IMG/VR virus record: IMGVR_UViG_2687453424_000001
Direction: 5' to 3' (one strand)
Length of the DNA: 64,000 nt
Source: a virus
Taxonomy: Duplodnaviria; Heunggongvirae; Uroviricota; Caudoviricetes
Part shown: piece after piece, positions 61,768-64,000 of the stretch
Layout: the number at the start of each line of letters is the position of its first letter
How positions within the stretch are numbered: position 1 is the first letter of the stretch
Translations under genes and position numbers: made by a program
The notes under the pieces: generated by a model
What the model was told of the DNA's origin: nothing
Database searches by the model: none
The model's input: the letters and a program-made list of their open reading frames with translations, nothing else

Positions 61768-64000
61768 NNNNNNNNNNNNNNNNNNNNNNNNNNNNNNNNN
61801 NNNNNNNNNNNNNNNNNNNNNNNNNNNNNNNNNNNNNNNNNNNNNNNNNNNNNNNNNNNNNNNNNNNNNNNNNNNNNNNNNNNNNNNNNNNNNNNNNNNN
61901 NNNNNNNNNNNNNNNNNNNNNNNNNNNNNNNNNNNNNNNNNNNNNNNNNNNNNNNNNNNNNNNNNNNNNNNNNNNNNNNNNNNNNNNNNNNNNNNNNNNN
62001 NNNNNNNNNNNNNNNNNNNNNNNNNNNNNNNNNNNNNNNNNNNNNNNNNNNNNNNNNNNNNNNNNNNNNNNNNNNNNNNNNNNNNNNNNNNNNNNNNNNN
62101 NNNNNNNNNNNNNNNNNNNNNNNNNNNNNNNNNNNNNNNNNNNNNNNNNNNNNNNNNNNNNNNNNNNNNNNNNNNNNNNNNNNNNNNNNNNNNNNNNNNN
62201 NNNNNNNNNNNNNNNNNNNNNNNNNNNNNNNNNNNNNNNNNNNNNNNNNNNNNNNNNNNNNNNNNNNNNNNNNNNNNNNNNNNNNNNNNNNNNNNNNNNN
62301 NNNNNNNNNNNNNNNNNNNNNNNNNNNNNNNNNNNNNNNNNNNNNNNNNNNNNNNNNNNNNNNNNNNNNNNNNNNNNNNNNNNNNNNNNNNNNNNNNNNN
62401 NNNNNNNNNNNNNNNNNNNNNNNNNNNNNNNNNNNNNNNNNNNNNNNNNNNNNNNNNNNNNNNNNNNNNNNNNNNNNNNNNNNNNNNNNNNNNNNNNNNN
62501 NNNNNNNNNNNNNNNNNNNNNNNNNNNNNNNNNNNNNNNNNNNNNNNNNNNNNNNNNNNNNNNNNNNNNNNNNNNNNNNNNNNNNNNNNNNNNNNNNNNN
62601 NNNNNNNNNNNNNNNNNNNNNNNNNNNNNNNNNNNNNNNNNNNNNNNNNNNNNNNNNNNNNNNNNNNNNNNNNNNNNNNNNNNNNNNNNNNNNNNNNNNN
62701 NNNNNNNNNNNNNNNNNNNNNNNNNNNNNNNNNNNNNNNNNNNNNNNNNNNNNNNNNNNNNNNNNNNNNNNNNNNNNNNNNNNNNNNNNNNNNNNNNNNN
62801 NNNNNNNNNNNNNNNNNNNNNNNNNNNNNNNNNNNNNNNNNNNNNNNNNNNNNNNNNNNNNNNNNNNNNNNNNNNNNNNNNNNNNNNNNNNNNNNNNNNN
62901 NNNNNNNNNNNNNNNNNNNNNNNNNNNNNNNNNNNNNNNNNNNNNNNNNNNNNNNNNNNNNNNNNNNNNNNNNNNNNNNNNNNNNNNNNNNNNNNNNNNN
63001 NNNNNNNNNNNNNNNNNNNNNNNNNNNNNNNNNNNNNNNNNNNNNNNNNNNNNNNNNNNNNNNNNNNNNNNNNNNNNNNNNNNNNNNNNNNNNNNNNNNN
63101 NNNNNNNNNNNNNNNNNNNNNNNNNNNNNNNNNNNNNNNNNNNNNNNNNNNNNNNNNNNNNNNNNNNNNNNNNNNNNNNNNNNNNNNNNNNNNNNNNNNN
63201 NNNNNNNNNNNNNNNNNNNNNNNNNNNNNNNNNNNNNNNNNNNNNNNNNNNNNNNNNNNNNNNNNNNNNNNNNNNNNNNNNNNNNNNNNNNNNNNNNNNN
63301 NNNNNNNNNNNNNNNNNNNNNNNNNNNNNNNNNNNNNNNNNNNNNNNNNNNNNNNNNNNNNNNNNNNNNNNNNNNNNNNNNNNNNNNNNNNNNNNNNNNN
63401 NNNNNNNNNNNNNNNNNNNNNNNNNNNNNNNNNNNNNNNNNNNNNNNNNNNNNNNNNNNNNNNNNNNNNNNNNNNNNNNNNNNNNNNNNNNNNNNNNNNN
63501 NNNNNNNNNNNNNNNNNNNNNNNNNNNNNNNNNNNNNNNNNNNNNNNNNNNNNNNNNNNNNNNNNNNNNNNNNNNNNNNNNNNNNNNNNNNNNNNNNNNN
63601 NNNNNNNNNNNNNNNNNNNNNNNNNNNNNNNNNNNNNNNNNNNNNNNNNNNNNNNNNNNNNNNNNNNNNNNNNNNNNNNNNNNNNNNNNNNNNNNNNNNN
63701 NNNNNNNNNNNNNNNNNNNNNNNNNNNNNNNNNNNNNNNNNNNNNNNNNNNNNNNNNNNNNNNNNNNNNNNNNNNNNNNNNNNNNNNNNNNNNNNNNNNN
63801 NNNNNNNNNNNNNNNNNNNNNNNNNNNNNNNNNNNNNNNNNNNNNNNNNNNNNNNNNNNNNNNNNNNNNNNNNNNNNNNNNNNNNNNNNNNNNNNNNNNN
63901 NNNNNNNNNNNNNNNNNNNNNNNNNNNNNNNNNNNNNNNNNNNNNNNNNNNNNNNNNNNNNNNNNNNNNNNNNNNNNNNNNNNNNNNNNNNNNNNNNNNN
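61768..64000. other. assembly gap (N run) to the end of the window
   Basis: Uninterrupted N. Confidence 1.

Noticed and set aside
1-64000. Search for tRNA, rRNA or other structured RNA genes
   Set aside because: No cloverleaf-compatible tRNA candidates or rRNA-like conserved stretches were recognised by eye in either bacterial block or the avian block; this is a limit of manual inspection and should be confirmed with tRNAscan-SE/Infernal.

Overview
This window is a mosaic of three unrelated sequence blocks joined in contiguous sequence, plus eight N-runs (about 30.6 kb by my count, roughly half the window). (1) 1 to ~10,740: a compact, gene-dense, single-strand operon with enterobacterial-style codon usage and Shine-Dalgarno sites, looking like a phage or conjugative-element module. 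It holds a 5'-truncated gene, three small/medium genes, an intrinsic terminator, and one uninterrupted 2,794-codon gene (2318-10702) with two HExxH zinc-peptidase-type signatures, a Pro/acidic low-complexity linker and C-terminal hydrophobic segments. I cannot assign it to a named family from sequence alone; it is the best candidate for something undescribed. (2) ~10,870 to ~60,050: vertebrate, clearly avian, repeat-dense DNA with multiple CR1 LINE fragments on both strands, a 5'-truncated endogenous retrovirus remnant (RNaseH, integrase, env TM, short LTR), a ~0.55 kb interspersed repeat in four copies (one inserted into the retroviral integrase with a target-site duplication, one nested in a CR1), an olfactory-receptor pseudogene fragment, and two minisatellites. 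(3) ~60,080 to 61,767: low-GC Gram-positive (Lactobacillales-like) DNA with three co-directional, translationally coupled minus-strand genes (NlpC/P60-like hydrolase, secreted coiled-coil protein, thioredoxin-like CxxC protein), truncated at both ends. No rRNA, tRNA or CRISPR array was recognised. All family assignments rest on motif recognition by eye and need database confirmation.
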